Notes: generated from the letters alone by a model not told the origin. DNA of 53,535 bases, filler included, from Jimgerdemannia flammicorona (GCA_003990765.1; 3 parts of 3 records of this genome joined end to end with filler, not necessarily neighbours in it); one strand, 5' to 3'; shown: positions 1 through 13,675, counted from the first letter of the whole stretch. Program-made: numbers and translations.

Positions 1-1602
1 AAAAAAAAAAAAAAAGTCAGCATATCATTTGAAAACTCATGGGGCATTGATGTTTGCCGCTTGTTTTGATAACTCGACTCCCGACGCAAGCTTTCTGTCG
101 GAAAAAAATGCGTCATCGGCACGGCTCAATTATGAGTGCTATAGTTCGAGGTATTAGATAATAGGCTTGCCACCGACTGCGCGGAGAAACATTCGTCACA
201 CTTGACGCGAGGAAAAAAAACCTTACTTGCTATTAGCAGCCTTTTGGAGTCAGGAGGAGCCGACGATCACGGTGTGAACGTTGATGTCGATCAAGCTTTG
301 GAATGGTTGGTGTGCAGGGTCGAATGGTGGTAGCAGTTTTGAGAGTACATCGGGTGATCGAGTCCACAAGTTTGAAAGCGTATATTTATGCACTGGGAAG
401 GAAGGGAAGGTCATCATCCGTGGGAAAGAGAAAGAAATATTTAGTCAATGTTGTTTGCTAATAATACCCATGTGCAACAAAACTTAGTGTGCCTGATTTC
501 AGCGTAAGAAAAGTCGCAGACAATAAACCAACGGAAAATTGAGACGCTACGTAGCATTCGAGACATGAATCTGAAGGAGAAGAATGCTCGCTGACCCTCC
601 GCACTACCACGTTATTTGAAATCTTCCGGCGTCAGGAGGTATTCCAATGTTATTTATGCTCCCAGAACCAGGCCCTCTCCCCCTTTAAACGTGCGGCAGA
701 AGTTGCGAATATATGCGAGAGCTCGTCGGCTATCCTTCAATGCGGCGAATGATGTCAATATTTGGACAACAAGCATATTTTGGTATTTGACTTCAAGTAT
801 GGCTGAAGCGGAACCCAACCAGGTTCCCTCATAGGCGATGAGCGTAATTTAATCTTTCACCAAACACGACAGCATGACTTCCGAAGTGTGTTGTTATCAT
901 TCATTGCACATGCTTCCCGCAGTGGCATGAGGTAACTCCGTTGATCCTTCTGGAAATCGTGCTCAGGCACACAAAGATCACCGTCTTCAGACTTGCAGGT
1001 ATCATTGAGTACAAAAATTGCCAAAAGCAGTGTTACGTTGAGCACATTTCTCCGCTCTTCTTTACTACTCGTATCTTGTATCTCTGAAACCCTGGGCCTT
1101 TTTACCACCTTGTCTTAAGGTAGACGGAATCGTCTTCATGTCTTTGGTTCTGTTCTCGGCATGACAAACATTTAACAAAACGGTATAACATTCGAGTTCA
1201 TACTTTCTGTGACGTTGGTGGGTAAACACCCTACTGCAAAGTTGTTTGGTGGTGGTGTGTCTGAACACAATTTCCTTGTCTCAGTTAGGACAATTTAAAT
1301 TTAAAACAAAGAAAAACAAGAAAAACAAGAATAACCGACGAGATTGTTAAATTTGGCACTGGAGCAAGATCGACAGGGGCACAAAACCTGTGCTATTTAT
1401 AGAGCTGCCCGTCGATCTGAATGTTTACGGCAAATACTATCACGAGTCTGGGTAATTGCCGGGGTTGAACGAAATCGATGAAAAGGGACGTAGGCATGAG
1501 AGATTTCGCGCGCTCGGATCAGGTATATACACGTTCGATGGAGAAGTTGATAACCCTCCTTCTTCGTGGTTTCTTTCAGTTGGTTATCAATCTCGAATCC
1601 CA

Positions 1603-3780
1603 ATGGCAAGGTCCACCTTCCTAACGTTGTTTATGTTGCTCGCCAGCATGGACCGCTTCACCAATGCCTTCAGTCCTCTAGGTACAGCAGCGCAGTCTGC
1701 TGTGCTCATCGAGAGTACTATTTACGTCTACGGTGGCGAAGGAGATAATGGACCAATCTCGAACCTCTACACCCTTGATGTCTCGCTGCCTTGGGAAACC
1801 TCAAGCCCACCATGGTATGACCGCACAAGCGACGCTGGCACGTTCACTGTGCCTCAGGTCAAGTCACACGCTATGTGGCCCTCTCTCGATAGCAATTTCT
1901 TTTATATTTGGGGCGGCAGCAACGAGGGCGAGGACTCCACGAAACAGGCACAAAACGGATTCGCACAGTACAACGTGGTTACAAGAAACTGGAGTCTGCC
2001 ATCTGCTATCGCAAACATGCCGCAGCAAAGAAGTGATCTCACCGTCGCATGGAATTCGTCTGGGTTTGCACATATCTGGGGCGGATGGAGCACTATCTTA
2101 AGTGGGTCACGATTCATGAACTTTTAGATGACAAATAATACAGTACGGTAAAATAACAAAATTTTGTGTTCATCGCACTGACAGATGACACTTTCGACTC
2201 AGACACTACTCACGTATTCAAGGAGATGATTGTTTTCGATACAACGAAGCTTGTTTGGAACGTTTTCAATACCGGGGACCCAACGCCCATAAACAGGATC
2301 ACACACACGGCAACAATGCTTCTGTATGATACCCTTTCTCTTATATCTTCTAATTCGTCCGTACGTGGCTTTTCTTCACGCACATTATTTTCCTCTGTTC
2401 ATGAATCTTTACAGTAATGGGCAAATGGTCATTATCGGAGGGTCGTATAAGCAACCGCTGAATGATCCCCAAATCTATAATACAATTGCTGACATGAGCG
2501 ACATTCCGGTCTTCAAGTGAGCTCCTTATTTTTATTTATTTTTTTAAAAAAAGTATATTTTGATTTTTGTCATTTTCTCTAAATTTGTATCCATCTTACA
2601 TAGCACTATCGTTGGCAAGTGGACTTTGCACAACTCGACAGGCAATATTCCTGCTCCCCGTACCTCTCATATTGCTGCATTAGGTAAATGTCTTCATTTT
2701 ACACATTCCATCACCACCCTCCACCCGACTACGATGCCTTACGTATCAGCGCCCGATCAGCCAAAAATGTCAGCGCAAGCGCGGTTGCAATGCCAATTCG
2801 TGCTCATTCTCCCCTTCTCCTACGAGCTTGGTCCGCATTTCTGCGATCTCACAAAACCGAAATCATTGCTGCCTACATTAAGGGCACGATGCAGCTAGAT
2901 GAAGGCGGAGGATCACGCCAGCATGAGGCTCGAATGACGGCATTACGGGTTGTGTAATGACTTTGTCAACTAACTTTAATTTCGCACATACAGGGATAGA
3001 CAACATCTCCATCATCATCTGCTTCGGGAGCACGCAAACAAAAAATGCGAATCTTAACGACGTTGCCATCCTCAATACTCAGAATTTGTCGTGGACGAAA
3101 CCAACCATCAATGGTACTGCGCCACCGGCAAGATACGGGTCGTCGTCGGTTATGGTCAATGGGCAGCTGATTGTCTTCTTTGGTACGTATGAATCGCTAC
3201 CCCGTCTTCTTTTTGTATTCTATTTTGTCTCCGTTAAATATCTCCATTCAATTTTGAGGCTTCATATTCTTCGTTGCAATGCCTTTGACATCACTCTTAT
3301 ACTCATTTCCTGCTCGGTTAACCAATAACAGGCACAGGCGATTCAGGCTCGAACTTGAATGACGTCGCTGTCTTGGACACCAGAAAAACCCCCTTCAAGT
3401 GGACTACTACCTTCGTTCCCAATCTTACTACGACACAATCCCCTACTGCGACACAATCTCCTTCTACGACACAATCTCCTTCTACGACACAATCTCCTAC
3501 TGTGTCACAATCCCTCACTACGATTACGGGGAGCGTAGTTTTACCATACGTCTCTCCAGCAGCAATCACATCGAATGACACATCAAACGGACTGACCGCC
3601 GTTGGTGGCATTGGCGGTATCATCAGTATATTCAACGTCGTGCTCATCGTTGCTGTCATCGTCTTACTTTTCGTCCGTAAATTGGGGCAGCAGCCCGACA
3701 ATCCCGAAACCCTGCAAGACCCATATGACCGCAATATGCGGCAGGGCCCGCCAGGGCGATATAGTTACGGCGGTCACTAA
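1603..3780 (+). CDS. Kelch-repeat (galactose-oxidase-like beta-propeller) cell-surface protein with signal peptide, Ser/Thr stalk and one TM helix; 6 exons: 1603-2101, 2185-2323, 2415-2516, 2604-2683, 2994-3182, 3332-3780
   Basis: ATG 1603 starts a hydrophobic signal (MARSTFLTLFMLLAS). Kelch motifs IYVYGG, FYIWGG, AHIWGG, RITHTAT, MVIIGG, PAPRTSH, PPARYGSSS, QLIVFFG. All five introns are GT..AG and phase-compatible. TQSPST repeats are followed by the TM helix GGIGGIISIFNVVLIVAVIVLLFV. Confidence 0.88.
3428..3515 (+). repeat. 18-nt coding tandem repeat (ACGACACAATCTCCTTCT; TTQSPS), about 4-5 units, forming the Ser/Thr stalk
   Basis: Directly visible; translates to TTTQSPTATQSPSTTQSPSTTQSPTVSQS. 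Confidence 0.9.
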
Positions 3781-4599
3781 TATTAGGTTCCCATCTACCA
3801 GGGCGGCTACGCCCATTAGATATAGGTCCACCCTATTAATGATTTTTGCAGAAGATGGGGGTCATACCTGATACCTTACTTCGCTGTATTTTTCATTTTC
3901 AATTTATGAATCGTGATCCTTATGTGCACCCTGAATAATATGATATATTGTCGCCACGAGTCCAGCGAGCTTGCTTCCCGAGAACTATTGCAATTTGGCC
4001 TTTCAAGAATCTATGTCGACGGCTGTGAGGAGTATAAGATCATAGGTTAAGACGGAGGCAAGTGAGATCATATCATTTTAGTTTATACCTTGTCTGTTCC
4101 GTTCTCGTCCTGATCATTGTCTTAAAGTGTTTGACATCAGTTCGCCATACCCTTTCATTGTTTACGCGAAAGCTGGCCGTACTTGAGGGTCTCCCTGGAC
4201 CAGCGCTTCCTGGAGTTGAGGCAAGACGGCCGGGTCGTCGATCTTGTCGGAGTCCTTCAAAGGAAAAATAATGGGGTTCTCAGTAACGAATAATCATCAA
4301 TTTCACATTATTCAATTGATTTGTTATTTCGTTGTTGTAGGGAGAACATGCGATGATGGGTTGATGGGCGAAATTACACATCAACATATCGTCGACATAG
4401 TCGCCTTTTTCTCTGAACCTCTAAGCCTGCACTAACACTGCACCACCACACCTACCTCCGCCTTCGTAACCGCACCTCATTGTCAAACCACCCCAGCCAA
4501 GCCTACAATCGTGGCCCCGCAACCTCTCTCGCCAGTTTGCCGATATATGGCACAACATCAAAGTTATCATTGATTTTCGTTTGTTCTCGTCTCAGACTT

Positions 4600-4600
<1 letters not shown>

Positions 4601-4655
<55 letters not shown>
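4601..4655. repeat. 55-nt poly(T) homopolymer
   Basis: Directly visible. Confidence 0.95.
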
Positions 4656-4657
<2 letters not shown>

Positions 4658-5469
4658 GTGCATTGGTTTTTGGGGCTTTTTTTACAGGAGCCACCAACCA
4701 CAAAGGTGGTCGTCCATAAAGTCATTGTTGATTATAGCAGTAAACCGTCAAGGAAAAATAAAACCGGACACACTAAGCCAAAAAGCATATTTCAGACTTC
4801 CCCTCCTCACTAAAGGAAAAAAAGAGACTATGCGTCGGTCGCAAATCTACATTTATCAAACTGCTCTTCCATACCGCCGCGCTGTTGAACGGGGCCACTG
4901 TAAGGGTCGATTCGTTTGGTTGCTTTGCCAATGGGCTGGTTGCTTCTCGCACGAAAGAGTGCTGACACAAAAATATTCTCAGTTCAGGTTACATACCTGT
5001 TTCGAATCATCCGAGATCGATATATTACCCAATTTCCGCCGCGTTTCAACATTAAGGGTTTCACGTCATTGGTCGCGTTTTAACAGTGCTCGCACTTAGC
5101 AAAGCAGAAACCTTTTCACGATGGGTTGCAACTATGGATTCCGAAGCTCCTTTCAATTGACGCCATGACACCGTCATCTTGTAAGTATCCACACTATACC
5201 AACCAAGGTATACACATAATTACGCCGAATCTGGTACCGTCTTGTCGGTACCCCCCGAACCGTTAACATGTAGCATTCAAAGTCCGTACAATAAGGGCAC
5301 CATTGAAGCCGGCCACGAGATAAGGAAGGTAACGCAGGATCGGGGGATTTTGACAGAATCGGCCTAAATCCGATCAGTGTCTTTTGTTCCCTCGTTTTGA
5401 GCAGTGGCAATTGCCCATATTTAAACCTCCATCATCCATGGATCGAGAAATACAACGCTCGTAAAACGA

Positions 5470-6559
5470 ATGTCAATCCTCTCATACTTTAACGCCCCTG
5501 CACCGACCCGTGCGTCCGCGCATCCGTGGCCTCAGCCGCAGTCAGCCATTCTCATCGCCGGCCTATTCTCGCTCTGGTGGGCCTTCACGTCGCCCGACGC
5601 CAAGCTAAGGGCCATTTTCGGCGCGGGGCTTATCTGCACTCTAGGTGAGTTAGCTACGATCAGCTCTTTGTTGCGTTGCATCAAACTGTCTCTTTAAACG
5701 AGCTACTCATCGTCAATTCCTTACAAACATTTGAAGACTTCGTGGTCAAGGGCAGATGGGTTGACTATAAAAATGGTATTTCTCTCTATTTCTTGGAATC
5801 GGCCAATTCGTTTTGGTTCTGGAAAGCGAAAAAATTTTACCACTCATGTTATGTGTTTTACCTTTGTAGGGAAGAAAACATTCGTTCCGTTTACAACGCG
5901 TTTCAAGGAAGGTGAAACGGTGAGTCTTCGATCTATGAGATCTATTTCCAGACTCACTGGTTGAAACGTTTCAGTCGCCGAATGCCGGAGGCACTTCATA
6001 TGGTTCAAAAAAAACCCCCCGCCTCATTTGCACCCTCATCACTCTAGACCCGCTACCAATTCTTTGGAAACATCATAGCGATACCGTTCTTCATCGACAA
6101 TTTCGAAGCGGTAATACCCACTCGCTTCTTGCGCATTGCACTATTCCCGTTCAACTTCTGGGCCATGGAAATGACTATGGGGTAAGTTGGGAGAATGAGT
6201 GGTTCTCGTTCCTCATGTGTATCTTACATGTTGTCTGCTCAAAATTTTACCTCCTACAATCAAACAGATATATCTTCATCTACCTAAACGGATATAACCC
6301 AGCATGGGCTTTCCGACGTATGTTATGATTCATTTCATTCCTTCTTGTTTGCACCAACGACGGTTTCACTTTGCTCATAAATGTAACTTCAACGTCACCA
6401 GATCAAGACGGCCGCTTCCATGGCAACATCCGCATGTTCCACTTCCCGGTCTGGTTCGCGCTGGGGGTCGCGGTCGAGTACTTCGTGTACCAGTTGTTCC
6501 TGGACGCGTTTGACTACGCCGTTGGCGTCGTTACCAAGCCTAAGGCGCTTTGGTCCTAA
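5470..6559 (+). CDS. Small multi-pass membrane protein, TMEM229/CmpB-like; exons 5470-5644, 5737-5775, 5870-5919, 6048-6181, 6268-6317, 6402-6559
   Basis: Five phase-compatible GT..AG introns give one open frame. The C-terminal FWAMEMTMGYIFIYLNGYNPAWAFRHQDGRFHGNIRMFHFPVWFALG resembles the E-x3-G...PWDY...G-I-L-Y-P-W pattern of TMEM229/ABC_trans_CmpB; the family call is from recalled pattern only. Confidence 0.75.
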
Positions 6560-7829
6560 ATGTTAGGTTCATAGATTTATCATTTTGTATATATGCTAAT
6601 TCGAATGCAATGCTGGGGAGGCGATATTCGCTGATGAAGATATGATCGATAAAATAAAGCTCGAAATTCCTCAAAGCCACATTACATTCTGTCTTCTGAC
6701 AAAAAAAGCAGCAGCGATAATGACATTATATTAGTTTCTAAAGCTAGTTTGCAACGACTGTCAGGTTTAGCGACGAATTCCTATTTACCGAAATATCCAC
6801 TCGGAAACCTTACCTTTTCGGTTCACAAAAGAACTATGTATTGTCATGCCCTGTGGCTCCTGTGGCCGGTTTCTTTTGGTATTGGTATCCTTAAGTTCAG
6901 TAATTTGCTATTTCAGGCAGACAACAAGCATCAATCTTTAGATCCTTTGGCTCTATCTTGATACTGCTTTGGAGTAAATGAAACTGAACTGAACTTTATC
7001 TCAAAGTTGCCAAGCTATCTTATATATTTGATATTGCTCCAAATGTCAAGTATATATATTGTAACATACTGGCTCAATAGAGGTAAATTACAAGGTGAGA
7101 CAGCTAAGTAAATTGGCTTGAGCCCCCAGTTACTTTGTCAAAAAGTAACAAAATATTCAATGGTTTGTTTTGAACTGTTCTTTAGAATTATTACAAATAG
7201 ACAGAGTTCTATCCTTAGAACTTGGTAGCAATCTTCAGACTTAATCTAGTAAGCAGACTAAATATAGAATAACTTAAAATAGACTTGACTTACTTTTAAC
7301 AAGAAGACTGGAGTAAAATCAGAAGTAGCTCACAATCTTCTTAACTATAGCTCTTGAGCAGAAATTTTTTTAGATCAAGTAGCTCTTAGTAGATTATATC
7401 TCTTGAAGTATATTAGACAGACTTATCTTTTACTTTTAACTTAAATGTCAGATTAAGGTTTATTTACTTAAATCTCTAAGATATTTTACATAAGTATAAT
7501 TACTATCTAATTACTATCTAAATAATTATTAAATATATAGTAAGGCTAATTTAAAAAAGATATAATCTCTTATTTCTTTAGAGAATAGATATTCTTATAT
7601 TTTCTCAGAAGACAGTATGTTCTAATTTGATACATTTGATTATTTATACAAATTGATAGTATATATAAGTATTTATAAGAGATAACTATGCTAAGTATTC
7701 TTTTTGTATATCATTTAACTATATTATAATATTTACTTATCACATCAGCTTTTACTAAAGAATAGTCTATTCTAAACTATTCTTTAGAATATTTATAGAT
7801 ATTTTTTATATTTATATCTATACTATTAT

Positions 7830-8510
7830 TATTTATTTATTTATTTATTTTTTCCATAAATACTAGACCTCTTTATTAACTAATCTATAACAAATATATA
7901 GTTCTCATATCACACTAATAGTCTCAACCCAATTCTACTCTATCTTATCCTAATATACTCTCTTTTTTCTACTCTTTCTCTCTTAAAAACTATCAGATTA
8001 TTAACTATCTTAACTTACCTATTACTTTTCTTATATATATATCCCTTTTACCAGATATCTATAATGATCTCTTTAAGAGCCTCACCTCTTCTATTAGTCT
8101 GACAGAATATCTATTATCAATTTTTTTACTCTTTCTTCCAAATCTATCTACTTTCTATCCTTAAATATATACTACTAGTATCTAGTCAACTCTATTTATA
8201 TTACTAATATCTACTTAACTGTAAGCCACTTATTATCAATATAACTCACCAACTACTCTCTTAAGTTATTCTATCTCTTCTCCTCTCTGCTATCTTACTA
8301 TCATACTTTTAGATAATCTCCAACTATTACTCAGAAGTCATCAGTATCTCATACTCTCTCAATCAATATTCTGGCATCTATATAATCTCTTCCTCTTATC
8401 TAATATTATAACAATTCTTACACTTAAAAACCTCTCTATCTATCAAGTATTCTGATCTAAAGTTCAATATAATATTCTTTTTTAAGATATACTACTATAC
8501 TACTCAGAAT
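7830..8510 (-). mobile_element. Highly decayed LINE 3' fragment
   Basis: T-rich tail at 7830-7853 (poly(A) on the minus strand), with AATAAA on the minus strand near 7872. The pyrimidine-rich body resembles the LINE 3' ends at 35765 and 41535. Confidence 0.45.
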
Positions 8511-8559
8511 CTCAGAAAAAGTCACTACTATATCTTAGTACTTCAGAACTAGACTTTAG

Positions 8560-10120
8560 TTCAGTATTTGAGATTCTGAGGTCTGAGAGAGGGGGTATTT
8601 ATACTAGTGAGGGGCTATTTAGACTATGCTGAATATGGATGTAACACTTAGTGCCTTGCTGAGTCAGAATATAGTTATGTAGTATAAGTGTAATCTAATA
8701 TATCAAGAGATTATCTGACTGCTGAGTTAGTTAACAATCACATTATATAAGACTAATCTAACTATACTATGACTGCTAAGCTATCTATAGATTTAGATAC
8801 TACATATCTGGGTAGTCTTTGATGATATCACTATTAATGACATTGTCTCTGATGAAGTAGTCATCTAGGAAGAGTAGTTTGTAGATTACTTCTCCCTGTT
8901 TACTGAGATAATAATATATTGGGACTTTATCACTATTCTATAAGATAGTATCATCTGTCTCATATGCTAGATATAGAGTTGGTGAGTGAAAGAAGGGTGC
9001 ATCATTTTCATTTTCATCAGATTTGCTGTCTGTATACCTTCTATAGGTTATAGTACTATGAGTTGCAGAGTTGTAGTATACTGGCAGTTGAGCTTCATAT
9101 TGCTCATACTCAGGTAATAGAGTTTTTGGTTTAATCTTGAGAGTTGTCTAGAGATACAGGTTATGTTTTTCAATTTCTTCATTATAGTTAAAGTAATTAG
9201 GAATAAATATAGGTTAATACTCATACCAGTGGTCATTATTCCAATAAGTCTCATAGATTGTTATGAACTGTTATAAATTTATTAATAAGATTGACAGAGT
9301 GATCAGAGTTGACAGGGATCCTTGACTTGAAGTTATATTAGCATCAGAGGGATTATTGTCTTCTGCTTCATTATTGTTAAATTGAATTATATTGTAAACA
9401 TTCTTCATAGTATATCCAACTTAGATATTTGCAGGATATAGTCATCAGAGTATGGGAAAGTTCTATCTGTAGTTTAAATATACTCAATATACTTATGATT
9501 AAGTTCTTATCAGTAGTAGTAACTTAGAGATAAAGAATAAAGGAGCTATACTCATAGAAGAGTTCTCTGTATTTGTAAGTAATGAGTTTCTAGTATTGAG
9601 ACATCTGGGTAATATCTGTATTATAGTGGTATTTGATTATGTCTTCTAGGAGACAACTGATCTGATAGTAGCTTGAGATTTGTTTAATTCAGTGGGTCTT
9701 GCTAAGTATGTTCAGAGTATTCCATCAGACTTTCACAAAGTAGAGGGATACTAAGCTATAGATATTCATGAAGAGCAGAGAGGGTGTGGCTTGGTTGACA
9801 ATGATATTCCAAATATTAGTATAGATGTAGTTGTAGATCTCAGTAGTCATATTTATATATATGTATGTTTAGGAGTTAGGGTTGTTTGTTTGGTTTGTTA
9901 TAGTTCTCTGTTTCAACATATCTAAGTGCTTGGTATATATGTATTTGGTCTTAATTGATAAGACTCCATTTGTGTAATTTTTGTATTTTGTGACTTCAAG
10001 TTGACTCAGCTTTATATACTGTGACTTCAGTTTAACTTAGCTTTGTAATCATGCATGTGATTTCTAGATTTGTTCAGAGGTGATATGTGATTTTAGTAGC
10101 TTAGAGGTTATGTATTTACA
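8560..10120 (-). mobile_element. Gypsy family A LTR, copy 1 (lacks the R/U5 end), with PPT at 10121-10133
   Basis: Colinear with 44877-46493. Ends ...TTTACA followed by ACTCTCCCCTTAG (polypurine tract on the minus strand). Confidence 0.85.
8793..9850 (-). pseudogene. LTR-encoded ORF of family A, copy 1 (ATG retained at 9850)
   Basis: Minus strand reads ATG ACT ACT GAG ATC TAC AAC TAC (MTTEIYNY...), homologous to 46206-45109. Interrupted by transition-derived stops and a small deletion. Confidence 0.75.
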
Positions 10121-10549
10121 ACTCTCCCCTTAGCTTTCAACATTCTCATCAGGGCCTTCTAATTCTATTCTAATATTATTATACTATTTGGATAGTCAAA
10201 AGTCTGATAAGGTCTATTTTCTCAGAAAGTAGCATACTTATAGTACAGTTGCCTAATACATTGGATTCATATATTAAAGAGTCATGTATTCAATACTATA
10301 TGCCAGAAGTAATTCTGATATTATTCACTACTAGAGAATTTCCTCTAAGAAATTTTCTTAAATATTAATACCTCATTTCCCACCAGTGATATGAGAAGAA
10401 TAAGCTGGCTTTCAGTTTTGCTATTTTTCTAAAGAGTTAGTATTCTTTTGTCTTAACTTGCTGAGTTCTTGATTTTATTTGTGATAATTATAATATTTAG
10501 GAGGGTAATATATAGTATATACTGATAGGTGCAAAAGTATTTCAGTTTC

Positions 10550-11642
10550 TGTAAGAGGGTTACTTGTTAGAGTAACTATTACATAGTTCTGAAAGAGTTT
10601 TCTGGAAGTTCTGGATATTCTGGAAGACTGTTTTCTTATAGTCAAGATCAATTTCATATGGAGTACATCCTCTATGCTTATTGATTTCAAGATTGAATTG
10701 ATGTCTCAACCAAAGTCCTTTTTCAGACTAGTTCTGGATATTCAGAATTTTCCATATTTCAGGAAGTTCAAGAAACTAAGACCAGCTTAGTTGAATTTAC
10801 ATATTGCTACAAACAATACTCAATTAGGAAATTTTGTGACAAGGTTAGGAGTAGGACCTAATAGGGAGTGGATTTACTTAAAAGTATTGTGTAGGTTATT
10901 AAATAGGTTTATTTGCTATTCATGATATTACTATACTAGAAGTAGTTGTATAAAGAGATATTATGGAGAAGTGCTCAGGAGTTGTATTTGAATTATTCAA
11001 GTCTGAGATTCTGAGGTCTGAGAGAGGGGGTATTTATACTAGTGAGGAACTATCTGAGCTATACTGAATATGGATATAGCACTTAGTACCTTGCTGAGTC
11101 AGAATACAGTTATATAGTATAAGTGTGATCTGATATGTCAAGAGATCATCTGACTACTGAGTTAGTTCACAGTTATGTCATACAAGGCTAATCTAACTAT
11201 ATTATAACTGTTAAGCTATCTATAGATTTAGATGCTATCTGGGTAGTCTTTGATGATATCACCATTGATAATATTATCTCTAATAAAGTAGTTATCTAGA
11301 AAGAGTTGTTTGCAGATTAATTTTCCTTATTTACTGAGGTAATAATATATTAGAACTTCATTATCATTCTACAGGATAGTATCATCTGTCTCATATTTTA
11401 GATAAGGCATTGGTGGGCAAAAGAGAAGTATATTATCTTTGCTTTCATTGGATTTACTATCTGTATACCTCCTATAAGTTATGGTACTATGAGTTACTGA
11501 GTTATAGTAAGCTGGTGGCTATGGTTTATGTTGCTCATACTTAGGTGGTGGAGTTGTTGGTTCAATCTTGAGGGTTGTCTGGAGGTACAGGTTGTATTCT
11601 CCAGTCTCTTTATTATAGTTGAAGTAATTGGAAGTAAATGTG
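10550..11642 (-). mobile_element. Gypsy family A LTR, copy 2 (partial), abutting the 3' internal region of copy 1
   Basis: Starts TGTAAGAGGG like 44432 and is colinear with 44432-45520. The segment 10134-10549 matches the pre-PPT internal sequence at 46510-46710. Confidence 0.85.
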
Positions 11643-11644
11643 GT

Positions 11645-12780
11645 ATACTAAAATTCAGCTGCTATTTCTGAGAAAAAGATTACAACTGTTTCTACTTAGG
11701 CTGCAGAAGTGGCAAATAGTTGCAGAAGTACTCTTTATATTATTAGTGAGTATTCAAAAAAGTACTTAGTTATTATTCTACTGATTGATATAATATCTCA
11801 TATTAACTATATTGATAAAGCTTTTAATATCACTGTTCTTTTTACTAAAGTTTGAGATTTGCAGAGTTCTAGTAGAGTTGTTCTATTTGGCTATCTGGCC
11901 TATAATTCCTACCAGAGCTATCAATTGCTTAAATATAACTATTAGTCATTATGCTTATTACTAGAAGTACTATAAGAGTTGATTCTTCTGATGAGATTTC
12001 TGTCTGATATAGTTGAGATACTGTATAACTGAGAGTTGCTTAGTTTCTAGATAGGAGATCAAATAGATTAGTGAGGATAAGTAGTCTAAATCTCTGAACT
12101 GATAGCTAATCTTATTCAGACATCTATAGTTCTTAGCTTACTTAGTTACTAAGAGTGACTAATTGGAATATTTCTAGATCTGTAGTTTTTTATTGACTAT
12201 TATTAGATTGATATTCTTCTTAGTTTTCTTTATAGTTATCTTCTTGATAGATTTGAGTATTATAATACTGACTTAGTCCATTGAAAAGAATTTATAATTC
12301 TGATTAGATAGATAGATCTACTTTTTATTCTGAAGTCTTTAAGAGTGAGTTCAACTATTCTTACTTTAGTCTGATTATGGAGTTTATGTGATAGATTTCT
12401 ACTCTATAGTAGAGTGATATTCTGGTTAAAGTAGTATAGTACTGATCTGAATTAATTTACTCCTCAGCTACTATTTGTACTTCAGGATTAGAGATATAGT
12501 CTAAAAATTCCTAATTAACTATGATTATTATTTCTGAGGTCTTGGTGAGACCAATATAGCTTCAGATAAGTATATTAAACTTATAGTAACTATAGAAATT
12601 CCTAAGACCTAGGTAGTAGTTTCTAAATATCTTATATAGATCTTAGTATATTTAGTCTATAAGCTGTTGATTGAGGCCTTAATTGGGATTTTCCTGAGTC
12701 TCTCTAGTCCTAATAACTATAGCAAGATAGGTCTTAGATTATGGATCAATTCTTGAATTATCTATAATTAGTTCTAAGTA
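11645..12780 (-). mobile_element. Decayed retrotransposon gag-like remnant (tentative)
   Basis: CpG-free with coding-like composition. Possible degenerate Cys/His knuckle near 11680-11740 on the minus strand; no intact motif. Confidence 0.3.
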
Positions 12781-13675
12781 TTCTTTTATTTAAGGTTAAA
12801 CTAGGTCTAATTTACAAAAGGGTCTTAATACTATCTTGATTCAAAATTCTACTATTACTAAGTTATAATAATACTTATTTCTATCTCTCTCTTATCTTTA
12901 AATAATTTAGAAAATAAAGTATTACTTAGAGACTTAATATATATATATTAAGAAGTCTTTTAATTGTTCTTTTACTTAGTAGTATTTACTAATATTAAAA
13001 AAATACTCTCTCTTTATAGTAGAATAAAGATATTGCCCTTCTTTAGTAACTATAGTTATAAGAGACTTATTCTTACTATATATAGATTGAATCTCTTATA
13101 ATTCAGATTTAAAGAGATTTTTCTTTTTAGATTTATATATCAGTTCTTAGTTCTGATAAAAGTTAACTAGACTTCTAAAGTTTAGTTAGAAATACTAGAG
13201 TAACTTAGAGTTTATTACTAAAGAACTCAGAGGAGTATATATGAAGAGAGATTTATACTTGACTAAGAGCTGATTTATTTTGAATACAATTGCTAAAGTA
13301 TTTATATATATTGACTAAGTAATATTTTGTAATTTTCTGACTAAATATATATATAACTAATTTGATATATATAACTGCTTTAGTCATTTATTCATAAAAT
13401 AAATAACTTTTGTATTCAGGACAATTACTTTTGTGATTGTGATCAGGACAAATACTTTTGATAATATATTAATTAAGTAATATAGTTGCTATAGTACTGG
13501 TATAGACTTCAGTATTTAGGAGTTTTGGTATCTTATTTTCTATATTTATCTTTTATATTTCATATGTTACTTATTTATAATATTATTACTAGATTATATA
13601 ATTGCTATTTGTAGTATATCATAATGTAATTCTTATTATATGTAAAAAGAAAGCTATAAGAAATCTAAAAAATAT

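Noticed and set aside
1456..1602. N-terminal extension of the Kelch ORF from TTG 1456
   Set aside because: Non-ATG start; the signal peptide begins at ATG 1603.
4480..5099. Poly-Phe/poly-Lys ORFs
   Set aside because: These are translations of the poly(T) run.
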